Shown piece after piece: positions 14,285-28,568 of a stretch of DNA of 64,000 nt (positions are counted from its first letter, which is position 1; every line of letters begins with the position of its first letter). The notes under the pieces are model-generated. The model saw nothing but the letters and a program-made list of their open reading frames with translations. It made no database searches and had not been told where the DNA came from. Origin of the DNA: the human T2T-CHM13v2.0 reference genome, Homo sapiens; the NCBI GenBank assembly GCA_009914755.4, contig CP086569.2:33664001-33728000 (forward strand), given 5' to 3'. The translations under genes and the position numbers were made by a program.

Positions 14285-17200
14285 GAGTCAAATGGAATGG
14301 TCTGGAATGGAATGAACACGAATGTAATGCAATCCAATAGAATGGAATCGAATGGCATGGAATATAAAGAAATGGAATCGAAGAGAATGGAAACAAATGG
14401 AATGGAATTGAATGGAATGGAATTGAATGGAATGGGAACGAATGGAGTGAAATTGTATGCAGTAGAAGGGAATAGAACGGAATGCAAGCGAAAGGAAAGG
14501 AATGGATTGGAATGGAATGGAATTCATTGGAATGGAAGGGAATGTAGTGTAATGGACAGGCCTGGAATAAAGTGGAATGCTACGGTCTCGAATGGAATAA
14601 AAATGTATGGAATGGAATGCAATGAAACGGAATCGAATGTCATAGAATGTAATGGAATGCAAAAAAATGGAATCCAAAATCATTGACTGGAAAGGCTGGG
14701 TGTCGAAAGGAATTGACTCCAATGGAATGGAATCGAATGGAATGGAAGTGAATAGAATCGAACTAAATCGAATGGAATGGAATTGATAGGAACGGAATGG
14801 AAAGGAATGCAATGATTTGGCATGGAATGGAATCGAATGGCATCGAATGGAATGGAATGGAATGCAATGGAATGGAATGTATTAGAATGTAATGAACTTT
14901 AATGGAATGTACTCGAATGGATTCGACTGGAATGGAATGTTCTGGAAGTGAATGGACTCCAATGGAATGGATTCAAAAGGAATGGAATCGTACGGAATGG
15001 AATCTAATGGAATGGAATTAAATGGAAATGAATCAAATTGAATAGCACGGAATTGAATTGAATGGAATGGAATGCAATGGAATCTAATGAAACGGAAAGG
15101 AAAGGAATGGATTGGAATGGAATGGGCTGGAATGGAAAGGAATCGAAACGAATGGAATGGAATCGAAGTGAAGAGACTGGAATGGAATGCACTGGAATGG
15201 AAGGGAGTGTAATGGAAGGTTCTCGAAAAAAATGGAATCGAATGGAATGGAATTGAATGGAACGGAATAGAGTCGAATGGAATTGAATGGAATGGAATGG
15301 ACTAGAGTGAAATGGAATCGAACCACAAGGAATGGACAGGAATAGAATGGTCTCGAATTGAATGGAATCGTATGGAATGGCATCAAACGGAATGGAATGG
15401 ACAGCCACGGAATGGAATGCACTCGAATGCAATGGAGTCGAAACTAATGGACTGGAATAGAATGGACTCGACTGGTACGGACTCCAATGGAATGGAATCG
15501 AATGGAAGGGAATCGAACGGAATGGACTCGAAGGGAAAAGACTGCAATGGAAAGGTCTCGAATGGAATGGAAATTAATGGAATGGAATGGAATCGAATGA
15601 AATGGAGTCAAAAGGAATGGAATCGAATGGCAAGAAATCGAATGTAATGGAATCGCAAGGAATTGATGTGAACGGAACGGAATGGAATGGAATCCAAAGG
15701 AATGGAATAGAATGGAATGGAATCGAATGGAAAGGACTCGAATGGAAATCACTCGAATAGAATGCAATTTAATAAAATAGGATCAAATGTAATGGAATGG
15801 AATGGAAAGGAATCGAAACGAAAGGAATGGAGACAGATGGAATGGAATGGAACAGAGTGCAATGGTATAGAATGGAATGGAATCATCTGGAATGGAATTG
15901 AATGGAATGGAATAATATGAAATGGAATGGACTGGAATGGAATGGAATGCCCTTGAATTAAATGGACTGGAATGGAATGGACTCGAACAGAGTGGAATGG
16001 AAAGTGTTGAGATAGAATGGAATGGACTCCTTTGGAATGGTGTAGTATGCAATGCAATCGACTGGCAGGGAATCAAAAGGAATGTAATGGAATGGATTGG
16101 ACTGGAATGCAATGGACTCGAATAGATTGGAAACGGAATGCAAAGGAATGGAATGGAATAGTATGGAATGGAATGGAAAGGAATGGAGTGGAATAGACTA
16201 GAGTGGAATGGAATGGACTGGAAAGCAATGGACTGGAATGGAACTTTCTTGAATGGACTGGAATCAAACGGAATGGAATGCAATGCAATCAAATGGCATG
16301 GAATAAAATAGAATGAAAGAGAATCAAATGGAATTGAATCGAATGGAATCGAATGGATTGGAAAGGAATAGAATGGAATGGAATGGAATTGACTCAAATG
16401 GAATGGACTAGAATGGAATGGATTCGAATGGAAGGCAAAGGAATGGAATCTATTGGAATGGACTGTAATGGAATGGAATGGAAGGGATTGGAATGGACTC
16501 GAATGGAATGGACTGCAATAGAAAGGATTCGAATGGAATGAAAAAGAATTGAATGGAATAGAACAGAATGGAATCAAATCGAATGAAATGGAATGGAATA
16601 GAAAGGAATGGAATGAAATGGAATGGAAAGGATTCGAATGGAATGCAATCGAATGGAATGGAATCGAACGGAATGGAATAAAATGGAAGAAAACTGGCAA
16701 GAAATGGAATCGAAATGAATGGAGTGTTATGGAACGGACTCAAAAGGAATTGAATGTAATAGAATGGAGTGGAGTGGACTCGAATATAATGGACTGGAAT
16801 GGAATGAAATCACATGGAATGGGAACGAATGGAATGGAATGGAAAGGAATGGAATCAAATGGAAAGGAATCGAATGGAAGGGAATGAAATTGAATCAACA
16901 GGAATGGAAGGGAATAGAATAGACGGTAATGGAATGGACTCGAATTGAATGGACACGAATGCTGAAATTGAATGGACTCGAATGGAATGGAAACGAAAGG
17001 AATGTCATCGAATGGAATTGAATCGATTGGAATGAAATCGCATAGAATGGAGTGGAATCAAATGGAATTGAATCGAAAGGAAAGGAAGCGAATGGACTGA
17101 AATGAAATGGAATGGAATTGAATGGAAAGTAATGCAATGGAATAGAATGGAACGAAATTTCACGGAATGGAATCAAACTGAATGGAATCAAATCAATGGA

Positions 17201-17848
17201 ATCAAATCAAATGGAATGGAAAGGAATTGAATGGAGTAGATTGGATTGGATGGGATTGGAATGAAATGTACTGGAAAGGACTCGAATTTCATGAAACGGA
17301 ATGGAATGAATTGGAACGGAATGGACTCGAATGGAATGGAATGTCATGGAATGGCATCAAATGGAATGGCATCAAATGGAATGGAATCGAATGCAATGGA
17401 ATGCTATGGAATGGAATGGAATGCATTGGAATGGAATGTCCTCTAATGGAATGGATTCGAGTGGAATGGAATCGAATATAATGGAGTCGAATGAAATGGA
17501 ATTGGAAGGAGTGGGATCGAATACAATGGAATATACTGGAATGTAATGTAATGAACTCGAATGTAATTGACTGGAATGGAATGTACATGAATGGAATGTA
17601 ATCGAATGGAAAGTAATCCAATGGAATAGAATCTAATGCAATAAAACCGACTCAGATAGAGTAGAATGTAATGGAATGGAGTGCAGTGCAATGGAATGGA
17701 ATGGAATGGAATGCAATGGAATGGAATGGAATGGAATGGAATGGAATGGAATGGAATGGGATGGAATGGGATGGAATGGATAGTAATGGACTGGAGTGAA
17801 ATGGACTGGAAAGGAATGGACTCAAATTGAAAGGGCTCGAAAGGAATG
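14285..17848 (+). repeat. HOR unit 5 (3564 bp).
   Basis: Landmark at 14285 and 17849. Confidence 0.85.
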
Positions 17849-20800
17849 GAGTCAAATGGAATGGTCTGGAATGGAATGAACACGAATGTAATGCAATCCA
17901 ATAGAATGGAATCGAATGGCATGGAATATAAAGAAATGGAATCGAAGAGAATGGAAACAAATGGAATGGAATTGAATGGAATGGAATTGAATGGAATGGG
18001 AACGAATGGAGTGAAATTGTATGCAGTAGAAGGGAATAGAATGGAATGCAAGCGAAAGGAAAGGAATGGATTGGAATGGAATGGAATTCATTGGAATGGA
18101 AGGGAATGTAGTGTAATGGACAGGCCTGGAATAAAGTGGAATGCTACGGTCTCGAATGGAATAAAAATGTATGGAATGGAATGCAATGAAACGGAATCGA
18201 ATGTCATAGAATGTAATGGAATGCAAAAAAATGGAATCCAAAATCATTGACTGGAAAGGCTGGGTGTCGAAAGGAATTGACTCCAATGGAATGGAATCGA
18301 ATGGAATGGAAGTGAATAGAATCGAACTAAATCGAATGGAATGGAATTGATAGGAACGGAATGGAAAGGAATGCAATGATTTGGCATGGAATGGAATCGA
18401 ATGGCATCGAATGGAATGGAATGGAATGCAATGGAATGGAATGTATTAGAATGTAATGAACTTTAATGGAATGTACTCGAATGGATTCGACTGGAATGGA
18501 ATGTTCTGGAAGTGAATGGACTCCAATGGAATGGATTCAAAAGGAATGGAATCGTACGGAATGGAATCTAATGGAATGGAATTAAATGGAAATGAATCAA
18601 ATTGAATAGCACGGAATTGAATTGAATGGAATGGAATGCAATGGAATCTAATGAAACGGAAAGGAAAGGAATGGAATGGAATGGAATGGGCTGGAATGGA
18701 AAGGAATCGAAACGAATGGAATGGAATCGAACTGAAGAGACTGGAATGGAATGCACTGGAATGGAAGGGAGTGTAATGGAAGGTTCTCGAAAATAATGGA
18801 ATGGAATGGAATGGAATTGAATGGAACGGAATAGAGTCGAATGGAATTGAATGGAATGGAATGGACTAGAGTGAAATGGAATCGAACCACAAGGAATGGA
18901 CAGGAATAGAATGGTCTCGAATTGAATGGAATCGTATGGAATGGCATCAAACGGAATGGAATGGACAGCCACGGAATGGAATGCACTCGAATGCAATGGA
19001 GTCGAAACTAATGGACTGGAATAGAATGGACTCGACTGGTACGGACTCCAATGGAATGGAATCGAATGGAAGGGAATCGAACGGAATGGACTCGAAGGGA
19101 AAAGACTGCAATGGAAAGGTCTCGAATGGAATGGAAATTAATGGAATGGAATGGAATCGAATGAAATGGAGTCAAAAGGAATGGAATCGAATGGCAAGAA
19201 ATCGAATGTAATGGAATCGCCAGGAATTGATGTGAACGGAACGGAATGGAATGGAATCCAAAGGAATGGAATAGAATGGAATGGAATCGAATAGAAAGGA
19301 CTCGAATGGAAATCACTCGAATAGAATGCAATTTAATAAAATAGGATCAAATGTAATGGAATGGAATGGAAAGGAATCGAAACGAAAGGAATGGAGACAG
19401 ATGGAATGGAATGGAACAGAGAGCAATGGTATAGAATGGAATGGAATCATCTGGAATGGAATTGAATGGAATGGAATAATATGAAATGGAATGGAATGGA
19501 ATGGAATGGAATGTCCTTGAATTAAATGGACTGGAATGGAATGGACTCGAACAGAGTGGAATGGAAAGTGTTGAGATAGAATGCAATGGACTCCTTTGGA
19601 ATGGTGTAGTATGCAATGCAATCGACTGGCAGGGAATCAAAAGGAATGTAATGGAATGGATTGGACTGGAATGCAATGGACTCGAATAGATTGGAAACGG
19701 AATGCAAAGGAATGGAATGGAATAGTATGGAATGGAATGGAAAGGAATGGAGTGGAATAGACTAGAGTGGAATGGAATGGACTGGAAAGCAATGGACTGG
19801 AATGGAACTTTCTTGAATGGACTGGAATCAAACGGAATGGAATGCAATGCAATCAAATGGCATGGAATAAAATAGAATGAAAGAGAATCAAATGGAATTG
19901 AATCGAATGGAATCGAATGGATTGGAAAGGAATAGAATGGAATGGAATGGAATTGACTCAAATGGAATGGACTAGAATGGAATGGATTCGAATGGAAGGC
20001 AAAGGAATGGAATCTATTGGAATGGACTGTAATGGAATGGAATGGAAGGGATTGGAATGGACTCGAATGGAATGGACTGCAATAGATAGGATTCGAATGG
20101 AATGAAAAAGAATTGAATGGAATAGAACAGAATGGAATCAAATCGAATGAAATGGAATGGAATAGAAAGGAATGGAATGAAATGGAATGGAAAGGATTCG
20201 AATGGAATGCAATCGAATGGAATGGAATCGAACGGAATGGAATAAAATGGAAGAAAACTGGCAAGAAATGGAATCGAAATGAATGGAGTGTTATGGAACG
20301 GACTCAAAAGGAATTGAATGTAATAGAATGGAGTGGAGTGGACTCGAATATAATGGACTGGAATGGAATGAAATCACAAGGAATGGGAACGAATGGAATG
20401 GAATGGAAAGGAATGGAATCGAATGGAAAGGAATCGAATGGAAGGGAATGAAATTGAATCAACAGGAATGGAAGGGAATAGAATAGACGGTAATGGAATG
20501 GACTCGAATAGAATGGACACGAATGCTCAAATTGAATGGACTCGAATGGAATGGAAACGAAAGGAATGTCATCGAATGGAATTGAATGGATTGGAATGAA
20601 ATCGCATAGAATGGAGTGGAATCAAATGGAATTGAATCGAAAGGAAAGGAAGCGAATGGACTGAAATGAAATGGAATGGAATTGAATGGAAAGTAATGCA
20701 ATGGAATAGAATGGAACGAAATTTCACGGAATGGAATCAAACTGAATGGAATCAAATCAATGGAATCAAATCAAATGGAATGGAAAGGAATTGAATGGAG

Positions 20801-21427
20801 TAGATTGGATTGGATGGGATTGGAATGAAATGTACTGGAAAGGACTCGAATTTCATGAAACGGAATGGAATGAATTGGAACGGAATGGACTCGAATGGAA
20901 TGGAATGTCATGGAATGGCATCAAATGGAATGGCATCAAATGGAATGGAATCGAATGCAATGGAATGCTATGGAATGGAATGGAATGCATTGGAATGGAA
21001 TGTCCTGTAATGGAATGGATTCGAGTGGAATGGAATCGAATATAATGGAGTCGAATGAAATGGAATTGAAAGGAATGGGATCGAATACAATGGAATATAC
21101 TGGAATGTAATGTAATGAACTCGAATGTAATTGACTGGAATGGAATGTACATGAATGGAATGTAATCGAATGGAAAGTAATCCAATGGAATAGAATCTAA
21201 TGCAATAAAATCGACTCAGATAGAGTAGAATGTAATGGAATGGAGTGCAGTGCAATGGAATGGAATGGAATGGAATGCAATGGAATGGAATGGAATGGAA
21301 TGGAATGGAATGGAATGGAATGGAATGGGATGGAATGGGATGGAATGGTATGGAATGGATAGTAATGGACTGGAGTGAAATGGACTGGAAAGGAATGGAC
21401 TCAAATTGAAAGGGCTCGAAAGGAATG
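17849..21427 (+). repeat. HOR unit 6 (3579 bp).
   Basis: Landmark at 17849 and 21428. Confidence 0.85.
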
Positions 21428-24400
21428 GAGTCAAATGGAATGGTCTGGAATGGAATGAACACGAATGTAATGCAATCCAATAGAATGGAATCGAATGGCA
21501 TGGAATATAAAGAAATGGAATCGAAGAGAATGGAAACAAATGGAATGGAATTGAATGGAATGGAATTGAATGGAATGGGAACGAATGGAGTGAAATTGTA
21601 TGCAGTAGAAGGGAATAGAATGGAATGCAAGCGAAAGGAAAGGAATGGATTGGAATGGAATGGAATTCATTGGAATGGAAGGGAATGTAGTGTAATGGAC
21701 AGGCCTGGAATAAAGTGGAATGCTACGGTCTCGAATGGAATAAAAATGTATGGAATGGAATGCAATGAAACGGAATCGAATGTCATAGAATGTAATGGAA
21801 TGCAAAAAAATGGAATCCAAAATCATTGACTGGAAAGGCTGGGTGTCGAAAGGAATTGACTCCAATGGAATGGAATCGAATGGAATGGAAGTGAATAGAA
21901 TCGAACTAAATCGAATGGAATGGAATTGATAGGAACGGAATGGAAAGGAATGCAATGATTTGGCATGGAATGGAATCGAATGGCATCGAATGGAATGGAA
22001 TGGAATGCAATGGAATGGAATGTATTAGAATGTAATGAACTTTAATGGAATGTACTCGAATGGATTCGACTGGAATGGAATGTTCTGGAAGTGAATGGAC
22101 TCCAATGGAATGGATTCAAAAGGAATGGAATCGTACGGAATGGAATCTAATGGAATGGAATTAAATGGAAATGAATCAAATTGAATAGCACGGAATTGAA
22201 TTGAATGGAATGGAATGCAATGGAATCTAATGAAACGGAAAGGAAAGGAATGGAATGGAATGGAATGGGCTGGAATGGAAAGGAATCGAAACGAATGGAA
22301 TGGAATCGAACTGAAGAGACTGGAATGGAATGCACTGGAATGGAAGGGAGTGTAATGGAAGGTTCTCGAAAAAAATGGAATCGAATGGAATGGAATTGAA
22401 TGGAACGGAATAGAGTCGAATGGAATTGAATGGAATGGAATGGACTAGAGTGAAATGGAATCGAACCACAAGGAATGGACAGGAATAGAATGGTCTCGAA
22501 TTGAATGGAATCGTATGGAATGGCATCAAACGGAATGGAATGGACAGCCACGGAATGGAATGCACTCGAATGCAATGGAGTCGAAACGTCGAAACTAATG
22601 GACTGGAATAGAATGGACTCGACTGGTACGGACTCCAATGGAATGGAATCGAATGGAAGGGAATCGAACGGAATGGACTCGAAGGGAAAAGACTGCAATG
22701 GAAAGGTCTCGAATGGAATGGAAATTAATGGAATGGAATGGAATCGAATGAAATGGAGTCAAAAGGAATGGAATCGAATGGCAAGAAATCGAATGTAATG
22801 GAATCGCAAGGAATTGATGTGAACGGAACGGAATGGAATGGAATCCAAAGGAATGGAATAGAATGGAATGGAATCGAATGGAAAGGACTCGAATGGAAAT
22901 CACTCGAATAGAATGCAATTTAATAAAATAGGATCAAATGTAATGGAATGGAATGGAAAGGAATCGAAACGAAAGGAATGGAGACAGATGGAATGGAATG
23001 GAACAGAGAGCAATGGTATAGAATGGAATGGAATCATCTGGAATGGAATTGAATGGAATGGAATAATATGAAATGGAATGGAATGGAATGGAATGGAATG
23101 TCCTTGAATTAAATGGACTGGAATGGAATGGACTCGAACAGAGTGGAATGGAAAGTGTTGAGATAGAATGCAATGGACTCCTTTGGAATGGTGTAGTATG
23201 CAATGCAATCGACTGGCAGGGAATCAAAAGGAATGTAATGGAATGGATTGGACTGGAATGCAATGGACTCGAATAGATTGGAAACGGAATGCAAAGGAAT
23301 GGAATGGAATAGTATGGAATGGAATGGAAAGGAATGGAGTGGAATAGACTAGAGTGGAATGGAATGGACTGGAAAGCAATGGACTGGAATGGAACTTTCT
23401 TGAATGGACTGGAATCAAACGGAATGGAATGCAATGCAATCAAATGGCATGGAATAAAATAGAATGAAAGAGAATCAAATGGAATTGAATCGAATGGAAT
23501 CGAATGGATTGGAAAGGAATAGAATGGAATGGAATGGAATTGACTCAAATGGAATGGACTAGAATGGAATGGATTCGAATGGAAGGCAAAGGAATGGAAT
23601 CTATTGGAATGGACTGTAATGGAATGGAATGGAAGGGATTGGAATGGACTCGAATGGAATGGACTGCAATAGATAGGATTCGAATGGAATGAAAAAGAAT
23701 TGAATGGAATAGAACAGAATGGAATCAAATCGAATGAAATGGAATGGAATAGAAAGGAATGGAATGAAATGGAATGGAAAGGATTCGAATGGAATGCAAT
23801 CGAATGGAATGGAATCGAACGGAATGGAATAAAATGGAAGAAAACTGGCAAGAAATGGAATCGAAATGAATGGAGTGTTATGGAACGGACTCAAAAGGAA
23901 TTGAATGTAATAGAATGGAGTGGAGTGGACTCGAATATAATGGACTGGAATGGAATGAAATCACAAGGAATGGGAACGAATGGAATGGAATGGAAAGGAA
24001 TGGAATCGAATGGAAAGGAATCGAATGGAAGGGAATGAAATTGAATCAACAGGAATGGAAGGGAATAGAATAGACGGTAATGGAATGGACTCGAATAGAA
24101 TGGACACGAATGCTCAAATTGAATGGACTCGAATGGAATGGAAACGAAAGGAATGTCATCGAATGGAATTGAATGGATTGGAATGAAATCGCATAGAATG
24201 GAGTGGAATCAAATGGAATTGAATCGAAAGGAAAGGAAGCGAATGGACTGAAATGAAATGGAATGGAATTGAATGGAAAGTAATGCAATGGAATAGAATG
24301 GAACGAAATTTCACGGAATGGAATCAAACTGAATGGAATCAAATCAATGGAATCAAATCAAATAGAATGGAAAGGAATTGAATGGAGTAGATTGGATTGG

Positions 24401-24999
24401 ATGGGATTGGAATGAAATGTACTGGAAAGGACTCGAATTTCATGAAACGGAATGGAATGAATTGGAACGGAATGGACTCGAATGGAATGGAATGTCATGG
24501 AATGGCATCAAATGGAATGGCATCAAATGGAATGGAATCGAATGCAATGGAATGCTATGGAATGGAATGGAATGCATTGGAATGGAATGTCCTGTAATGG
24601 AATGGATTCGAGTGGAATGGAATCGAATATAATGGAGTCGAATGAAATGGAATTGAAAGGAATGGGATCGAATACAATGGAATATACTGGAATGTAATGT
24701 AATGAACTCGAATGTAATTGACTGGAATGGAATGTACATGAATGGAATGTAATCGAATGGAAAGTAATCCAATGGAATAGAATCTAATGCAATAAAATCG
24801 ACTCAGATAGAGTAGAATGTAATGGAATGGAGTGCAGTGCAATGGAATGGAATGGAATGGAATGCAATGGAATGGAATGGAATGGAATGGAATGGAATGG
24901 GATGGAATGGGATGGAATGGTATGGAATGGATAGTAATGGACTGGAGTGAAATGGACTGGAAAGGAATGGACTCAAATTGAAAGGGCTCGAAAGGAATG
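21428..24999 (+). repeat. HOR unit 7 (3572 bp; carries the 8-bp duplication).
   Basis: Landmark at 21428 and 25000. Confidence 0.85.
22580..22595 (+). repeat. Same 8-bp tandem duplication (unit 7).
   Basis: Identical string at identical unit offset (about +1152). Confidence 0.9.
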
Positions 25000-27900
25000 G
25001 AGTCAAATGGAATGGTCTGGAATGGAATGAACACGAATGTAATGCAATCCAATAGAATGGAATCGAATGGCATGGAATATAAAGAAATGGAATCGAAGAG
25101 AATGGAAACAAATGGAATGGAATTGAATGGAATGGAATTGAATGGAATGGGAACGAATGGAGTGAAATTGTATGCAGTAGAAGGGAATAGAATGGAATGC
25201 AAGCGAAAGGAAAGGAATGGATTGGAATGGAATGGAATTCATTGGAATGGAAGGGAATGTAGTGTAATGGACAGGCCTGGAATAAAGTGGAATGCTACGG
25301 TCTCGAATGGAATAAAAATGTATGGAATGGAATGCAATGAAACGGAATCGAATGTCATAGAATGTAATGGAATGCAAAAAAATGGAATCCAAAATCATTG
25401 ACTGGAAAGGCTGGGTGTCGAAAGGAATTGACTCCAATGGAATGGAATCGAATGGAATGGAAGTGAATAGAATCGAACTAAATCGAATGGAATGGAATTG
25501 ATAGGAACGGAATGGAAAGGAATGCAATGATTTGGCATGGAATGGAATCGAATGGCATCGAATGGAATGGAATGGAATGCAATGGAATGGAATGTATTAG
25601 AATGTAATGAACTTTAATGGAATGTACTCGAATGGATTCGACTGGAATGGAATGTTCTGGAAGTGAATGGACTCCAATGGAATGGATTCAAAAGGAATGG
25701 AATCGTACGGAATGGAATCTAATGGAATGGAATTAAATGGAAATGAATCAAATTGAATAGCACGGAATTGAATTGAATGGAATGGAATGCAATGGAATCT
25801 AATGAAACGGAAAGGAAAGGAATGGAATGGAATGGAATGGGCTGGAATGGAAAGGAATCGAAACGAATGGAATGGAATCGAACTGAAGAGACTGGAATGG
25901 AATGCACTGGAATGGAAGGGAGTGTAATGGAAGGTTCTCGAAAATAATGGAATGGAATGGAATGGAATTGAATGGAACGGAATAGAGTCGAATGGAATTG
26001 AATGGAATGGAATGGACTAGAGTGAAATGGAATCGAACCACAAGGAATGGACAGGAATAGAATGGTCTCGAATTGAATGGAATCGTATGGAATGGCATCA
26101 AACGGAATGGAATGGACAGCCACGGAATGGAATGCACTCGAATGCAATGGAGTCGAAACTAATGGACTGGAATAGAATGGACTCGACTGGTACGGACTCC
26201 AATGGAATGGAATCGAATGGAAGGGAATCGAACGGAATGGACTCGAAGGGAAAAGACTGCAATGGAAAGGTCTCGAATGGAATGGAAATTAATGGAATGG
26301 AATGGAATCGAATGAAATGGAGTCAAAAGGAATGGAATCGAATGGCAAGAAATCGAATGTAATGGAATCGCAAGGAATTGATGTGAACGGAACGGAATGG
26401 AATGGAATCCAAAGGAATGGAATAGAATGGAATGGAATCGAATGGAAAGGACTCGAATGGAAATCACTCGAATAGAATGCAATTTAATAAAATAGGATCA
26501 AATGGAATGGAATGGAATGGAAAGGAATCGAAACGAAAGGAATGGAGACAGATGGAATGGAATGGAACAGAGAGCAATGGTATAGAATGGAATGGAATCA
26601 TCTGGAATGGAATTGAATGGAATGGAATAATATGAAATGGAATGGAATGGAATGGAATGGAATGTCCTTGAATTAAATGGACTGGAATGGAATGGACTCG
26701 AACAGAGTGGAATGGAAAGTGTTGAGATAGAATGCAATGGACTCCTTTGGAATGGTGTAGTATGCAATGCAATCGACTGGCAGGGAATCAAAAGGAATGT
26801 AATGGAATGGATTGGACTGGAATGCAATGGACTCGAATAGATTGGAAACGGAATGCAAAGGAATGGAATGGAATAGTATGGAATGGAATGGAAAGGAATG
26901 GAGTGGAATAGACTAGAGTGGAATGGAATGGACTGGAAAGCAATGGACTGGAATGGAACTTTCTTGAATGGACTGGAATCAAACGGAATGGAATGCAATG
27001 CAATCAAATGGCATGGAATAAAATAGAATGAAAGAGAATCAAATGGAATTGAATCGAATGGAATCGAATGGATTGGAAAGGAATAGAATGGAATGGAATG
27101 GAATTGACTCAAATGGAATGGACTAGAATGGAATGGATTCGAATGGAAGGCAAAGGAATGGAATCTATTGGAATGGACTGTAATGGAATGGAATGGAAGG
27201 GATTGGAATGGACTCGAATGGAATGGACTGCAATAGATAGGATTCGAATGGAATGAAAAAGAATTGAATGGAATAGAACAGAATGGAATCAAATCGAATG
27301 AAATGGAATGGAATAGAAAGGAATGGAATGAAATGGAATGGAAAGGATTCGAATGGAATGCAATCGAATGGAATGGAATCGAACGGAATGGAATAAAATG
27401 GAAGAAAACTGGCAAGAAATGGAATCGAAATGAATGGAGTGTTATGGAACGGACTCAAAAGGAATTGAATGTAATAGAATGGAGTGGAGTGGACTCGAAT
27501 ATAATGGACTGGAATGGAATGAAATCACAAGGAATGGGAACGAATGGAATGGAATGGAAAGGAATGGAATCGAATGGAAAGGAATCGAATGGAAGGGAAT
27601 GAAATTGAATCAACAGGAATGGAAGGGAATAGAATAGACGGTAATGGAATGGACTCGAATAGAATGGACACGAATGCTCAAATTGAATGGACTCGAATGG
27701 AATGGAAACGAAAGGAATGTCATCGAATGGAATTGAATGGATTGGAATGAAATCGCATAGAATGGAGTGGAATCAAATGGAATTGAATCGAAAGGAAAGG
27801 AAGCGAATGGACTGAAATGAAATGGAATGGAATTGAATGGAAAGTAATGCAATGGAATAGAATGGAACGAAATTTCACGGAATGGAATCAAACTGAATGG

Positions 27901-28568
27901 AATCAAATCAATGGAATCAAATCAAATGGAATGGAAAGGAATTGAATGGAGTAGATTGGATTGGATGGGATTGGAATGAAATGTACTGGAAAGGACTCGA
28001 ATTTCATGAAACGGAATGGAATGAATTGGAACGGAATGGACTCGAATGGAATGGAATGTCATGGAATGGCATCAAATGGAATGGCATCAAATGGAATGGA
28101 ATCGAATGCAATGGAATGCTATGGAATGGAATGGAATGCGTTGGAATGGAATGTCCTGTAATGGAATGGATTCGAGTGGAATGGAATCGAATATAATGGA
28201 GTCGAATGAAATGGAATTGAAAGGAATGGGATCGAATACAATGGAATATACTGGAATGTAATGTAATGAACTCGAATGTAATTGACTGGAATGGAATGTA
28301 CATGAATGGAATGTAATCGAATGGAAAGTAATCCAATGGAATAGAATCTAATGCAATAAAATCGACTCAGATAGAGTAGAATGTAATGGAATGGAGTGCA
28401 GTGCAATGGAATGGAATGGAATGGAATGCAATGGAATGGAATGGAATGGAATGGAATGGAATGGAATGGGATGGAATGGGATGGAATGGGATGGAATGGA
28501 TAGTAATGGACTGGAGTGAAATGGACTGGAAAGGAATGGACTCAAATTGATAGGGCTCGAAAGGAATG
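25000..28568 (+). repeat. HOR unit 8 (3569 bp).
   Basis: Landmark at 25000 and 28569. Confidence 0.85.

Noticed and set aside
24361-24380. Apparent 5-bp deletion in unit 7 inferred from the altered ORF start at 24378.
   Set aside because: Direct comparison shows a single g-to-a substitution ('tcaaatagaatgg' versus 'tcaaatggaatgg') that removes a start codon, not an indel. Unit 7's net -5 bp relative to the other 8-bp-duplication carriers is not at this site (I did not locate it).
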